The translations under genes and the position numbers were made by a program. Shown piece by piece: positions 12,101 through 27,100 of a DNA stretch of 64,000 bases (position 1 is the first letter of the stretch; each line of letters opens with the position of its first letter). The notes under the pieces were generated by a model. The model did not search any database. It was not told the DNA's origin and was given only the letters and a program-made list of their open reading frames with translations. This DNA comes from Rhizaria sp. SCN 62-66 (Eukaryota): assembly GCA_001724265.1 (NCBI GenBank), contig MEDY01000039.1, positions 1-64,000 on the forward strand, read 5' to 3'.

Positions 12101-15100
12101 CACACAGACCACAGCGATGTGCGCATCGCCTCTTAGTGCTTCCAGCAACAGCCATACTTGCTCCGTTGCGCTCGATGCAGCGGCTGCAAACTTTCACTCT
12201 GCTGCCGGAGCTACTGCTGTAGGTGCAAGCTCGCAGTCTATTGCTGTTGCAGCGACGCCATCGCAGCAACAGGAAGTGCAGTCGCACTATGTGTACTTGC
12301 CATACCCGAAATCTGTGACAACACCGCTCGCAACAGCTCTCGAGCCTCGCAACCCTACTCCAAGTTTAAGCTCTGCTCTTGGTTTGAGCTCTGAAGCTGG
12401 CATCACTAAGAATGATGTTATGACAATCATGACTGCAAAGAGTGTTGTTTCGACGCTGAACCCGTCGAACCCTGTCCCAGCCTTGAGCGCCATTGGCGAC
12501 CCCGCAGCTGCGGCGGGTGCCGGGGCTTGGGCCCTCTGCCAAAAGTCGCTGCTTGACAGCGCTTCGAAATACGCGGACTCCTCTGAGTACTTGGATGCCC
12601 TCGACCGTGCACTTGGCAGTGTTTCAGACGCCTTGCTGGAGAGTGTCGGCGTGGCGGCGTCGATCGTACCCCTATATAGGACAGGCCTAAGTACCCATGA
12701 TGGCGGTGTAAGTACTCCACTGCTCGTCTTGACGCCGATCTCTCCCGCTGCTTCTGCTGTCTCCAGTGCGCTGCTTGAGACTGGTGGTCACATCACGAAG
12801 AACAATTCGATCGTAGTTGATGACGATGTTGACGACTCCAACAGCGATACTGACCGTGACTCGCGCGCCCCAAAGGCTTCTGGTCGCAAGAACAATAGCG
12901 TGAGCTTTCGCTCTGACTTGCCATGGGCCAAGGGACAGTGTATTGTCAACACTCCACTGACAGCTGAACATCCCACAACACTCATGAATATTGCCAACGA
13001 TGACACGCCTGTATCCAGCAAGCGGGGTTTTCGTGCCAAAGGCTAGAAGCGCAACAACGTTATTGCTGACGAAGATGATGACGATGTCGTTGTTCTTGAC
13101 GATAGCGATAGCGGTGACGTTACAATCACTCACGTCGTCAATAATGCTAAGAGTAGGAGTAGCCAAAGCGAAAGCAAAGGCAGGCTTGCTTGGTTGGCCC
13201 AAGCAACGGCGCGCGCCACGGGCGTTGCAACAACAACAGCATCAGCCGTTGCGCTGTCGCCAAAGATTAGCAACGGTACTCCCGGCAGCGATGATAGCAA
13301 CTCAAACGTTATCGTGATGACGGATGACGTTAGCGCTGTGAGTACAGCTCCAGCTGCTGATGTTTGTGTCAGCGAGGCGTCAGTGGCAGCGGCGGCTCAG
13401 CAAGACCCAGTGAGCGCGACACCTGCACTTGTGACGGTGGTCTCAACTCGCTCACTGCGGCGCACTCTAGCTGCGATGCTGCCCGCCAGCACGCTTAATG
13501 CGATGTACGGTCTCGCATCATCTTCTGCGCTTCACAATATTCTGGACGCTAACGGTGCGCAATCAGCGACCTCCACTGCCTCGGGGACGACGTCATTGTC
13601 TGGAAGGACGCTACCGGCTGACTGCGCCTTTGGTCGTTGCGGCCGCGGCTGTGGCGCGTGCGGTGGCGGCCTGCTCTGGGCCGTTGGTCTGCCCGTAACA
13701 GCGGGCGCAAGTGAATCGCCGGCAGCCGTTGCGGCGACGGTTGTTGCTGCAAGGACGGCGGAACGTGCACGGAATGTGGCACTGCGCGGTCTGGGCAGTG
13801 ACGACGACGGCGACTTGAGCGAGTATGATAAAGACTGTGACAAAAACGATCACACTCAACTGGGCTCTGATGCGTCCGCGTCAGCGTATGCTGGTGCGCA
13901 TGGTAAGAAGACCTCGCTGAGCAAGGCGGCGCGTGCAAAATTGGCCCGTGAAATGCGGCTAAGCCGTGCGTATGATCCGCGGTACTACCAGTTTGATCAC
14001 CGTTGCCAGATCAACGACGTCCCCGATGCTTCGAAGATCGCGGTCGCGTTTGATGCGATCTTCGCTAGCTCCGAATTGTCCGCGTCAGCCACGACGTTGG
14101 CGCAGTCGCTACTGCCTCTGCAGACCTTGCTATCGTACTCGGGTGGTGTTACGCCACGGTTTCAAACTGCACTTGCTGTGAATAAGAGTGTTGCGATGTT
14201 GGCAGACACGGCTGCCGCGTCAGCGCGCCGTGACGCATCTGCGGCTGCTCTCGCCCCTGTGTCCGTACTGGCAGCGGCTGGTGCGATCGTTGCCGCACAT
14301 GCAGCTAATCTTGCTGAGGAGACAAATAACGGTGCTTACGCTATCTCGCTTGCAGCACACACCTCTCCTCGCCTTACAAGTGTTCAATCGGACGACGACT
14401 CTGACTTCTTTGCAACTATGCTATCCGCGCTTTCACAGCGTAAGACTCGCGACATGCTCAACTCTGCCTTCAGTGACGACTCCGCCGGTTTCGACGCAGC
14501 AGCCAGTGCGCGCACTGCGAGGGCTGGCGCTGTGGAAGCGCTGTCACTGTACCACGCTGCGTCGCTCCACGCTGACCTGGCGCGAGTCATGCCCGCAGTC
14601 ACTCAGCTCGCGCTGAACAACAATATCGACGACAACGCTATTTCTAACACGTGGGTGAGGCCAACCGTCGTGCCAGTTCCTCTTTCGGCAGCCACAACCA
14701 CAGTATCGCTCCCTCTGCGCGCTGCTGTAATTGGCGCGCTGCGCTTGCTCCGCTCTCACGTTACTGGTGACGTTTGCGCTAAGACACATGCGCTGCCTGT
14801 GCTCGCAGTTAATGTTGATGACTCCGAGCGGCTGCAGGATGAGGATATGTGGGGACGGTGGTTGCTCACAGTAATCTTGAACTCTGAGGCGTCTGTGAAA
14901 AGTCCATCGGCTAACGGGGCGCGTGATAACACCTACTCATCATCAGCCAGTGCGTCTGCTGTAACTCACAGAAATAAGGAGGCGGTTGTGTCACTATTGA
15001 CAGTGCCGACGGTAGTTTCTCTCCACTTACACTCATCACTGATTCCCAGCTCAAAATCGAGTCAGAGCTCTACCACCAACGCTATTGCGACTGTGAATGG

Positions 15101-18100
15101 CTCAACATCGGAAGGCGTAGGTAAGAAGCTACGGCTTCCGCTGTTTCCATCACTCGCAGACTCTTTGCGCCTCGCGACTGCGAACAGTGCCTCCGTGCAA
15201 GTCACTGTGGGCAAGCCCCCGCAGATCTCTGGCCGCACGGCGCAGTTGCTGCGCGCGGTGATGGCAGTGGTGAGTGCGGCGCAAATGCAGCGAGACCAAC
15301 AACAACAGCACAAGTTGCGCTGGTCGCGTCACACAGAGCAACCTGACGACTGTAACGCCAGTAGCTCAGGCGCATCTGCAAGCTCGAGTGCTGGTGGTGA
15401 AACCGGGAGCTCTGCGAAGTCAAGCTGGCGTGCGTACATTGAGTCGCTACCACCGCTTCCATTATCATTGCCTTCATCACATGCACCATTACCAGCGAAT
15501 AACGCCAATGTGAAGGATAGCAACAGCAACAACTCAGCGACTGTGAGCACAGCGCTGCAGGACTTAGATACTCTCTACGACTTGCTCTGCCCACGGTCAC
15601 AGTGGGCTACTCTTGCTCCACAGCCTCGCGGCTTAACCTCAACGCTGTATAATTACCAGAGGAAAGCACTCTCATGGATGGTGTACCGCGAGATGCGAGA
15701 TGTGGCGCCGACGTTGGCTCCACCGCTGTCTCACGCGACGAACATGAGCGCAAACCACTGCGCCAACAATGCAGATGCATCTTGCGTAGAAGGTCGTGGT
15801 GTGTTGCCGTTAAGCTTTGATGACACGCTCACACAAGCGCCGTCGGTCTGGGGTCGAGGATTTGGCTTAGACGACGTGTTGACAACGCGTGGCTCGCATT
15901 TCGCCTCCACCGCTGCATTTTCTGATGAGAGTAAAACTAATGGCATGACTGGGCGCAAGACAGCTGATCGCGAGATTGCTGCTGTGACGGCGGCCTCTGC
16001 GGCAGATGTTGCAGCTGCCGCTGCTAATGCTGCTGGGTATTGCTCAGCGCCACACTCGGACGACAAGTTGAGCGTAATTCCTAGTATGGCATCAAGTTCG
16101 AATGTAAGCGCTCGTGCCTCATCTGGAGCCCGCGGTAGCTACGTGCCCTCTGTGTTTCCTCTTGCGCGCGACTTGACGTGGGACAGTGTGAAGAGCCATA
16201 AGTGCACTTACACAGATTTAAGTGCATCTCACAGTCACGAGCTGGGTATGTTTGCAGGCGACGAAAATGCTCCTCAAATTTGCGCTGAGTGTGGCGCACT
16301 GTCGTCTGATCGTGAACAACGCGGCGACCGTGTGCCTGGAAATACTCGTGAGATCTCTGCTGCTCCTGACCGTGAACAAGGTCAGGGTGCACTGTGGATG
16401 CACGCTCTTTCGCCAACCCTCTCGCAGAAGCCTCCTCAGCCCTTGTTCGACGTTCGCGGCGGCATCCTCGCCGACGCCATGGGGCTTGGTAAGACTGTCG
16501 AAGTGATCGCGCTTATTCTCGCGAATCCTTCCCCGTTTCCCAAGCCACGGCTCCCGCCGAGGCCCGCCGTGCTGGCCGGCTCTGGCACGCCGCTGGCCGC
16601 GACGCGGGGGCCCAACGGCAACGGCAGCGGCAGCGGCAGCAGCGCCAGTGCGACGGGCAGCAGTACGGCTCCCGCAGGCAGTGTCGTCAGTGGAGTCAAG
16701 ACTGAGAGCGCAGTAAAGCGGGAAGAAAATTTGGGTGGCCCCTCTCATAACGCCGAAGACGACGGTGATAACGGTGACAACGATGAAAGCACGTCGTTAT
16801 CGTCGCTTGCTATCACTGAAGCGGAGGCTTTGTTGGCATCGCAGCGACAACTGTGGTTTGAGGATGATGAAGTGATGGCACGCGGGAGCTGGAGCGTCTC
16901 TCCTGACGCACAAGGTGCTGGCTCAACCAGCGGTTTGCCTCATGGCACCGTCGCAAGAAGCAGCAACAGCAGAGTCTTTGTGACGAGCGAAGTGGCGTCT
17001 TATCTGTCGCTATCGCCATTGTATCAAGACCAGCAAGGCCGCGTGATTGTTACCACTCAAAATAACGCAAACCCGTCCGTTTTATCGCTCCATGCGCAAC
17101 CAAAAGAGCCACAGAAGACAAAGGCGCAAGGACGAGGCCGTCGTGCTCCTGCATTGTCCGCACCAGCAACAGAAACATCGCAAACCTCAACCTCGTTGTC
17201 GCATGATATTTCAACTGCAATCACTGCGCTGACATCAGTCAGCGGTGGCATTCGGGCCGCTGCCCCAGGCTCTTCACCTAAGGCAGCTTCAGCATCAGCC
17301 GCAGCTTCGTCGAAGGAACTGCCTGCTTCTGTCCCGTACACGGCTCTGTCACTGCATCCATTTCTTGCCGGCACGCGTGCCTTCCGCCGCGCTCTGATGT
17401 TGATGTTGCACAGCAAGCCCCACTGCCACATGCCCGCCGTCAGCGCCGCGTCTGCCGCCAAGGCGTTTCTCGCCCAGCCCAGTCCGCACTCGTCCACTGG
17501 CGGCGCGATGAACGACACTCCGCCCGGGCGCCGTGGCGGTGCCCGCGGCGGCCGCGCCGGTCGCGGTAGCGCGCGCGGCGGCAGCGGCGGTAACAATAGT
17601 CGCGGGGGTACCGCGGCGCAGAGGCATATCAACCACCTAATTGAGTCTGGAGGCGGTGGCGCGGACTCAACGGGTGTGCTCCAAATGCTTGCGGCAAGTG
17701 GCAGTGCTGTTTCTGTCTCCGCAGCCAATGCGAACGCGGGGGGTCGCCGTGGCAGCGCTCGCGGGATCAACATCAATGACGCGCAAGCGGACGTTCGAGG
17801 AGGTGATGCCGGTCAAGAGCAGACGCTGGCGGAGAAGCTTGGCGGGGACAACCCGTTTGCTGGCATCACATCTGCGTCACTCTTGGCGTACGCGATCACG
17901 GAGGCTGCTAATGCGAGCGCAGCGGTAAGCGGAGAGGCGTGGGATCAAGCTGTGTTGTCGAGCATTTGCGGGGTGAGGCATAATCAATGGAGCCACTTGC
18001 CCACTGCCGCGACCACTGCGAACAAGAACAGCATCATTGATATAGGTACTGCTGCTGTTGCCAACAGTCATTGGCCTGCTGTTACGAGCCTGACATCACT

Positions 18101-21100
18101 CCCTTCCCCGTCATATCACAACGAAGCTCAGTCATCTTTGTCAATCACGACGGCGCTCGTAACCGGTGTTGGCGATAGCGCGTGCACTGTGCCCCATGGC
18201 TGGTTTGACCCTGTGTCATGGGGACCTCGCGACTACACTCTTATTGCACCGCCTCCGCCGCGCACTCTGCTGCGCTCGGTTACATTCAGAAGCCAATCTA
18301 ACGGTAATGCTGCGGGACAACTGCAACCGGTTTTGGTGCGTGCGAGTGCCGTTTTGCGTTCTGAAGACGCATTTCTGGAGCCTGTACCTAATCGCAATCA
18401 ATGCGATTTGGGGGTGCCATTTCCTGGTGGCTTGTTAGTTAGGCGCTCTCCTGCACTGCCGCAGCCGTGCCTGAAGGCCATGCCGCTGTATACTGCAAAC
18501 ACAGATTATACGCAGCATAACTCCACAGTGTCTCTGAGTATCGTCCCCGCTGTTGCTTCTCTCATTCCGTTTAGCGAAATGACAACAACGATGCGTCTTA
18601 GCACGCAGTCAAGTGTGCCAAGCTTGCGTAAAACTGTGCTTGCAACAGCGGCTGTCGCAGCAGCTAATGTGGCGGCACGTGCGTGGGACGCGCTTGACCG
18701 TGACAACGTTGCAGAGCTGCGCGCTCCCGCACTCACAGTCTCTCTGAACAGCTCTAACCTCGGCAGTTCTGCCAGTGGTGCACGGTCACAAACCTTGGCA
18801 TCCACCGCGAGTGCTTCATCGAGCGCCACTGAGTGTGAGCCTGTTACGGCAACGCTGCGGACTGCGTGGGCTGATGGGGTGCAAGTGCGTGGTGCTCCAG
18901 AGGTGAACTCAGTCGTTGCATACCCTTTGCAGGTTACTGTAAGCGACAATGCATCCGGCGCAGCAACTGTCGTCACTGCGCAGTCGACGATGCCGACTGT
19001 GCATGGCTTGTCTTTGGTTCAGTCCCTTGACTCTACAGTCACGACCGATAAAAGTGCCAATACCTCAAGCAGTGACGTTACAAAGAGCACAAACTCGTCG
19101 GATGTTGAGTTTTCTGGAAGCTCAAGATGTGGTTTCGTCTATGATGCCCCCTCAGCTGACGCCATTTCAGCGGCCGCCGCAGTCACTGCCCCCAACGGCG
19201 CCTCGCTGCAGCTCCCCGACGGCCCCACCCTCCGCTTCGTCGTGACCCCTGCGACACTGATTGTGTGCCCGCCCAGTCTCATGTACCAGTGGGCCAGCGA
19301 GTTTGCAACACACGCGCCTAAGCTCACGGTCTGTCTTTACCATGCTGTCACGTCACAGGAGGCCCGCGCAGCGGCGGAGACCGCAGCGACGGCTCTGTCG
19401 AGCGCGATTGCAGCGTTGTCCGAAGCTGAGCAGAAGCAGGCGTCCGCATTGGCCGCGGCTGAAATGGCCGAAGCTAACGCTGCTGCTGCTGCAACTGCCG
19501 CAGTGCAAAATGTGCGCCAACAAAGGGAAGCCATGGCTCTTGGTCCGCGGGCGACAGGGTGGGGGCGCTACGCTGCATCTCTCTTCAATAATGCATCTAG
19601 GATTAATGTGAACTCTGTTGGAGGCGCGAATATGCAACGGTCGAGCGGCCTTTCAAGCAGCGCTGCGTTATCAGCGATTAAGAATCACCATCATGACAAA
19701 AAGAAAGTACAGTCTCTGCTTTACGAGAGTGATTCAGACGGTGACGCGAACGATGACACAAAATATGAGCGGCGTGAGAGCGTATCTGGCGCTGCTGTCA
19801 CGACAGCGACTATCACGAGGCCAGCACATAGCTTCTGTCGTCGCTCGCGGCTGAACATCTCAGAGGCACTGCAACCCCTTGCGCAGTCTGTCTTGACCTC
19901 GCCATTGTTTGCGCCAAACGAGGCGGAAACCAACCCAGTGCCAGTGAGCACGATGGAGCTTGGTGACGGTGACGATGACTCAGACACTGGCGAAGTTACT
20001 GATAACGGCGTCTCGTCACTCACGGTAGCAGCGGAGACATCCCTTGCTTTCCCGCAAGATTCTGTAAACACGACCTCTCTTGTTCGCGCGCGCCGCCGTG
20101 TGTGTCTTGGCTGTGGCACTGTCTCTCTTGTCGAGGCAACTGACCGCGTTCCTCTTACACTCTCTCAGCAGTTACAACAACGAACCGGTTTTGCGCGAGC
20201 CAACTCGAACGGCGTTGTGTTGGTCGATGGTGCTATCGTGTTTCCGCTTGCGACGCCGCTGTTGACTGATATCAACGGTCCGTGCAGCACGTGCGCGGCT
20301 GTTGCCGCAACGTCCAGGGTTCAATCATCAATGTCCAACCGGAAACGCCCCTCGTCAGTTGCAGAGCTCGCAGATAACGCCTCGCCTGTGGCTGCAAGTG
20401 CTGGTGGAGATGAGAACAATGCTAAGGCGTGGGCCGCGATGCAACAGCAGTATGAGACTGAGGACAACTCGTGTCCCATCTACATCTCACTCTCAGACTC
20501 CGTTACTTCAGCCTCTTTTGACAGCAGTTTGTTCTATGCGACGACAGCCGCTACAGCAGCTGCGACGAGCTCTTCAGCTGCTGCGACCAAGGCTCGTGCC
20601 GCGGCTACCGCAGCGATCGCCGCGACCGCCGCTGCGTGTTCTGCTGTTGCGCGCGCTAAGGTGGAGCTTTCAGCACACTTGGAAGCAGCTGCAGTGTCCG
20701 AGTCCGCCTTGTCACCGTCATCTCAGTACTCTGCATCGCTGCGTGATCTCTTGGCCGCTGACGTTGTCATCACGACATACGATGTGCTGCAAGCTCAACT
20801 CCACTGCGCTCCCGGTGGCGCCGGCAAATACTCTTTCCGACAAGAGAAACGCTACGCGCTGCCTGCGTCGCCGCTGCTGCAGCTGCACTGGCACCGCGTG
20901 GTGCTCGACGAAGCGCAGTACGTTAAGTCCTCGACCTGCGGGCCCGCGCGCATGGCGGCGCGCGTGTCCGCCACGCACCGCTGGGCCGTGTCGGGCACGC
21001 CGATCGGCGACCGCGGGCTGCTGGACCTGTACGGACTGCTGTTGTTCCTGAGGTTGGAGCCGTTTACGGATGTGGGCGAACGCGTGACGAGGGACATGCT

Positions 21101-24100
21101 CGCGAGTGCGCTGGAGCGGGCGAAGCGGGCACACAAGGCGAGGGTCGAATGGACTAAGACGCAGATGCTGGGGCCGCATGCGCGCACGCAGGGCTCCGAA
21201 AAGCTAGAGCGTGACAGTACCAGCACAGGTTCCGGCAATGTAGGCAATAGTGGTTCTGTGATGTGCGATGACGATGGCACTGCTGTTGTGAAACAAGAAC
21301 ATGCGCTAATGGCAACTGCTGCAAGTAACTCTGGTATCCAGGATCACTCGCTGCAGCCAACGTCTCTATCTTATTCTGCTCGAGAAAAGCACGGTGTTGT
21401 CAACGGAGCAAGCGCGGCTTTAAATACACCCGGCCTTGGCACCGGGCGCTTAGCTCAGCAAAACTTGCGCTTTGCTGCGTATAAGCGCGAGTATACGTTA
21501 CTCCGTGCACGTGTGCTGGCGCTTGCGCGGTACAACTCGTGGCTCGCGCGAACCGCTGCCAACGAAAGCACGACTTACTATACCAGAGTTGATGGAGTCA
21601 ATGTGGGCCGATGCACAACTACAACCTTGTTGCCGGAGGAGACGAACTCATCCCCTAGCGTCCACCTCTCGTTGATGGGAAGTAGTGATGCTGATGCTCT
21701 ACTCAGTATTACTCCTCTCGTCGACACTGAGTTAGATAGTCTGGTAAGCAAGATCCCAGCTGTTCTTGCGGAAATTGACATCTTTCATCGCCAATTCCCT
21801 GGAGTCGCTGATATGTCTGTGCTGGCTTCTCACGTCACTCTCACTATCGACAACTTGTACCGTGGAGTTATGACTGCGTATGCGAACAACGCGTCTTCTA
21901 TGATCAGCTCGCTGCGTAATCACATTAACAACACTCCAGGTGACGTGAATGATGCACTGAGCTGTTTGTCTTCGTCGTGCATCAGCGGCTCTGTGGTGTC
22001 TGATGAGTTGCTGCACAGTGACTGCATTCTGTATTTCATCGGTCTGAAGCATCTGTGCTTTTTTGACTGGAAAAACTACTTCCAGCAACAGGCCTCAAAT
22101 GCTTCATCAAGCGCAAGTTCAAGCGCGGATGCAAGTTCAAGCGCGTATTCTGTCAATGGCGTTCCTAGTTTGTACCAGAACTACTCCACTGTTGCTGCTG
22201 TATGCGCGGACGGCGTTGGTTCTCGCCTCCGTGAGTGTGTTTCGTTCTGTCTCCCGCTGCTCTCACGCCCAAGCGCGAATACCGATGCGCCAGCTGTGAC
22301 TGCAGAGCCTGATGTCGCGTGCCTGTGGGCTGCTGGTGTGGACTCGCTTGCGCCCATCCCACGGTCACTGCGGCCACAATGGTCGATCGCTCTCACTCAA
22401 GCCACTGTCAAGCCTACCAGTGGACCTAACGCAAACATGATCACGAGCAGTCATCTGCCACTGCAGCGTGAAGCCAGCCCGTCGCAGTCATGTGCCGCTA
22501 CTGGTGTTGTATCCTGGGGGCTGACACCCGCGGTCGACAGTCCCGCGCCACCGACACTGTCTTCGTTGTCACGGCTCTCGGTAGAGCGGTACGTGCGCGC
22601 GCACCAATTTCCCCGCCGCTGCCCGCAGTCACTGACTCCCGTTGGCGATCGCTGTGATGGCAGTGATCTAAGTGGCGACTGGGACTCTGTTGGATGCACG
22701 CTGATTACAGTAGATGTGCCCTTGGCAACTAACGCGAGCGGTGAGGCCGCTGATGCAGTGCTGGATGTAGAAGCATCCACACCTGCATCGTGGGGCGCAT
22801 TTCAAGCCCTCGTCGGCATGGCCACAACCTCAACAACACCTGTGGCAGCAGCATCGTCCAAAAGCAGCAAGGACAAAGACGATATCAACAGCGTTGCGAG
22901 CGCAATAGGCTCCCACTTTGCGCCTCTGTCGTCTGCATCTGCGTTGGTTGCAGCGGGTGAATGGGCTGCGACGCCTCAACATGGTGCCATGATCATCTTC
23001 AAATACTTAAAGCGCCTTCTCTGGCGTCATGCTAAATCGCACGTTGTCGATGAGATCCGCTTGCCGCCTCTGCATTTCCAGGCTGTGTTCTTGCGCTTCA
23101 CGCCCGTCGAGCATGAGTACTATCGCAAGTGTTTGCGTGAAGTCAAAGAGGCCGTTATCCGTGCGTACGGTGAGCAAGCTGTGCGCGGTGTGCGCGCGCG
23201 GATTGATGCCGCTAAAGCAGCTGCTGCAGCTGCTGCGACTGCTGCTGCAGCTGCAGCTGCGGTTGAAAAGCAGCGGCGCGTGTCTGCAATGGTTGCAGAA
23301 GGCCGCATCTCGGTTAATTACGATGAAGAAGAAGAGGAAGAGGAGGATGTGCAGAGCGCGAGAAACGTCTCGAACAAACTTGTTGTGAGCACTGCAAAGT
23401 CCGCAGCTGCTGCGGCCGCCGCTGCCGCTACTAACGCCGCTGCTCTTGCAGCCGCCTTGACTAGTGCAGGCACTGACAGCAATAATGTGAACGTGAATGT
23501 CAGTACTCGCCTTGACTCACTCCGCATGGCGTGCTGCCACCCGCAAATCTCCATCAATGGGCTCAACTTACTCCTGGACACCGTCGGTGGCGGCGGCGCC
23601 CCAGGCTCTGCCGCCGCACTTGCTGCCGCGGCCACGGCGGCGTCTGACTCCGGAGGCGGCTCCCGCGTGCGCACGATGCGCGAGATCGCCAGTCTTCTCC
23701 AGTCATCTGCACAGCAAGCGACCGCCGACGCGGAGCGTCACTTGGCACGCGCTCTGTCAACTCTCGGTCAATTCTACCTGAGCTTCCCTGGTGTGTACAA
23801 GACTGCAGCGATCGAGCGCGCGCTCGCCAAGGCGTGGGTGGTGTGCGACGCCGGTGTCACCGCTGGCGCCAAAATCCCGCTGCTCATGAAGCACGACGCC
23901 GTCAAGAACCGCAGCGGTCTCCACGGGCCTGCGCACGGCCGCGACGACGACGACGATGACGGCGACGACGAGGGCGATGTTGCCGCCGTGCAAGCTGTGC
24001 TCGAGCGCAGCTCGTTGAGCTTTCTGCCCACGCAAGGCATGGGGACGGACTCTGGCGTGCTGCGTCACTGGCGTATCATCGAGTTCGCAACGACCTTCCA

Positions 24101-27100
24101 CGCGTGCAATCTGCTCCGTTCGCGGTTGCAAGGAAAGCACAGTGCGTACTACTACACCACGCTGCTGCCACAGGCATTTGACCCGCCCCCGATGTCTGAC
24201 TCAGTGCTTAACTTCATGGAAACTTCCCCTGACTACGATCCCTCGCGTGCTCGTGCGGCGCAGAACGCGAGCAATCGCAACCGCGCTCGGAATAACGCCA
24301 ACAACAACGCCAACGCCAACAACAGGCGTCGTGGTGGTGGGGCAAATGCGCGGAACAACGCTGACTACGATGAGGAAGATGCAGTCATTGACCCAGCAGC
24401 GCTGGATGTGTACGGGAACGGCAATCAGTGGGATGCAAGTACCCTGGCGCGCGCACTGGCTTCAGGTCTCCACGATCAGGTACGAATCATTATCTTATGA
24501 GAATTGAGCATTTTTCTACTATTATCCAAACTAAGCCTCGAATTTTTCGATTGATTTACTGTGATTTTGATGAATATTTGATGTGCATGAACGCTAATAC
24601 TATTTGCTCGAATGCTGTTCTGTGTATATCTTTCTCTTTGTAACAGGGCTTTGGAGCTGGAGGTTTGGCTGGCGGCTCGGTCCTTGTGCGTCAGGGCTTA
24701 GCGGCCGCTGGCGTCACTCCATCAACCGCTGAGGATGCGACTCGCGCTGCCGAAGCCGCCGCCTGGCGCGGCTACAGTGGGATGAGCCCGCTTGCGCAGA
24801 CGCTCACGTACGGCGTTGACGAGAGTGGCGCTATGGTCACGACTGCGGCGCTGACGGACAAGCTGCAGACTGAGATTGTTGCGGCGACGTCCTCTTCGTT
24901 ACACGATCATTCACTCTTAACGTCCCCGCTGTACTACACGTTTACTCCAGGCACCGGTCTCTATTCGCCCTTTTTATCGGATATTCTGGACGCTGGCAAC
25001 ACGAACGACTCATTCCGTGATTATCCTGGTGACGAAACTAGCGAAGACGACGATGATAACGGCAGCGATGCTGATCTTGATACGGTGCATAACAACGATG
25101 GCAATAACGCACGCCGCTCTCGCCGCCGCAAAGAGCCTTCTGCTGGAGATATGCAGCTGGGTAGCGTCTATCTGTTTGCTCTCTCTGCCGCACGCCCTCG
25201 CCATGCGTCGACCATTGCGCCCTATGCAAGCCCACTTTCCTTCAGCAACAACGTCAACAGTGAAAATGAGTCCAAGGATGGTTTCGTGTCTACTCCAGCC
25301 GCTTTCGCTGCCGCTGCAGCCAAGACTGATATGATTCCGGCGACTGTGCCCGTGCCCGTGACAGTACCACACGGACTCACCGCGCCGTACGCACCTCGTG
25401 GATGCTTGCTATACCCGCGCAGTCGCAGAGGGACGCGCGCGGTGAAGCGTGCATTGCGGAAGTTTACGCGACTGCGGACACAGATGCCGTACGATGAGGC
25501 GGAGACGAGCGTCAACAGGGCTGCGAATAGCACCAGCAGCAGCGCAAGCGCTGCGTCTGCTTTAACTGTGAGCTCTATCGCTGGTTCCCTCGAGCAATCA
25601 GTGCGGTTTGCAGCTGACAGTGCTCGGTGTGCGGTTGGCCTCGATATGTTCATGATTGATTACTGGGACCTGATGCACGACCGTGCGACAACGCTCGACA
25701 GTATTGAGCGGACGCACGCTGAATCGCTTGTGCAGCGGATTGATGAAGATCATTTTGGCCCTGCACTTGTGATGCTTACGCGCATGATGGCCGACGCTAA
25801 TCAAAACAATGGTGTTGTCACAATCACAAATAACGACTCTAGAAGCTCTGCGAGTAGTGCTACTCACGAGACTGGACATAGAAACACAAGTGGTGATGTG
25901 GCGATCCCGGGCTTTTTGCTAATGTACAATAGCGGCACGTACGGTGCTACTGGAACCGGCGCGCTAACAGTAACCAGCTCAGCCGCCAAGGCCACTGGAG
26001 CCTCTCTTGAGAGCGACAACGCTGGCCTCTCGATCAACAGCAATGTTACTGCTGGGAATGATCTTGAGGTTGTTCGCGTTGACGATCACAGCAACAGCAT
26101 TAATGTGTTTAAAAACACGAAACCCAGCGACATCAAGAGTGCCAAGGAAGCGACTATGAAAGCAGCTTCAAGCAAAGACGCAGGCAAGAGCTCAGCTGCA
26201 GCAGCAGCAGCAGCATCGTCTGACTCGGATGCGGCTGCGGCCGAGGCTGCTGCTGCACCGGCCGTGGACCCTTCCGCTCATTACCCTGCTTTACCGTTCC
26301 CACTCACGGCATCTCAGGCATCTTCACTGGCGCGCTACCGCCGCGCGCGCTCGCACTACCGTGCCTCGCTGATTGATCTGACTTCTGACAACTATTGGCG
26401 CGTGAATGAGTTGCGTGCGCACATCCAAGCTTGGCGCATGTGGTTTCGTCGCGAGACCGTCAATGTTGCGGCTCACCTGCGTTGCCCTAACTCACGGTCT
26501 GCCGGTACCACTGCGCCGCCTGCGGGGGGGAAAGCATGGGCGCCGCCGCTGATGACGGAAGCAGTGCAGTTACTTTCGCGCTGGGAAGAGCTTTCAACTC
26601 CAGTCATCCCGCCGCCGGAGCTCATCGAGGCTGCGAACGCTGCAAGTGCAACTGCAGCGAGTGACGCAACGAAGGGCAAGGGTGACTCAAGTAGCAGGAG
26701 CAGCAAGAAGCGCGCTGCCACAGGGAGCACGGGCAAGGAGTTGGAGAGCGTAAATGCCAAGAAAGAAGCCACCGTCGCGATCGACCTAACTCCTGAACTC
26801 GTCAAGGATTTTGACCGCGACCGCCAGCACATTTTGGCACTACGCGCGCTCACATACGCGGCCATGCGCGCTCGCAACCAGTTGGAACGCTCAGTCGCGT
26901 TTGCACAAGCCATTCACCGCGACGTCTCCTTCGCCGAAGACGAGATCAAGCGTGGTATGCTCGGTAGTGCAACCTTCCACCGCTCTCGTAGCGCCGGCGT
27001 CACTGAATGCGCGACAACTGCCGCATTTGACCGCGCAGTGGACGCATGTGTGGACGCGCTCGAGCAGCGCTTAACGGCACGGCCGTGGCAGTTGCCGCAC

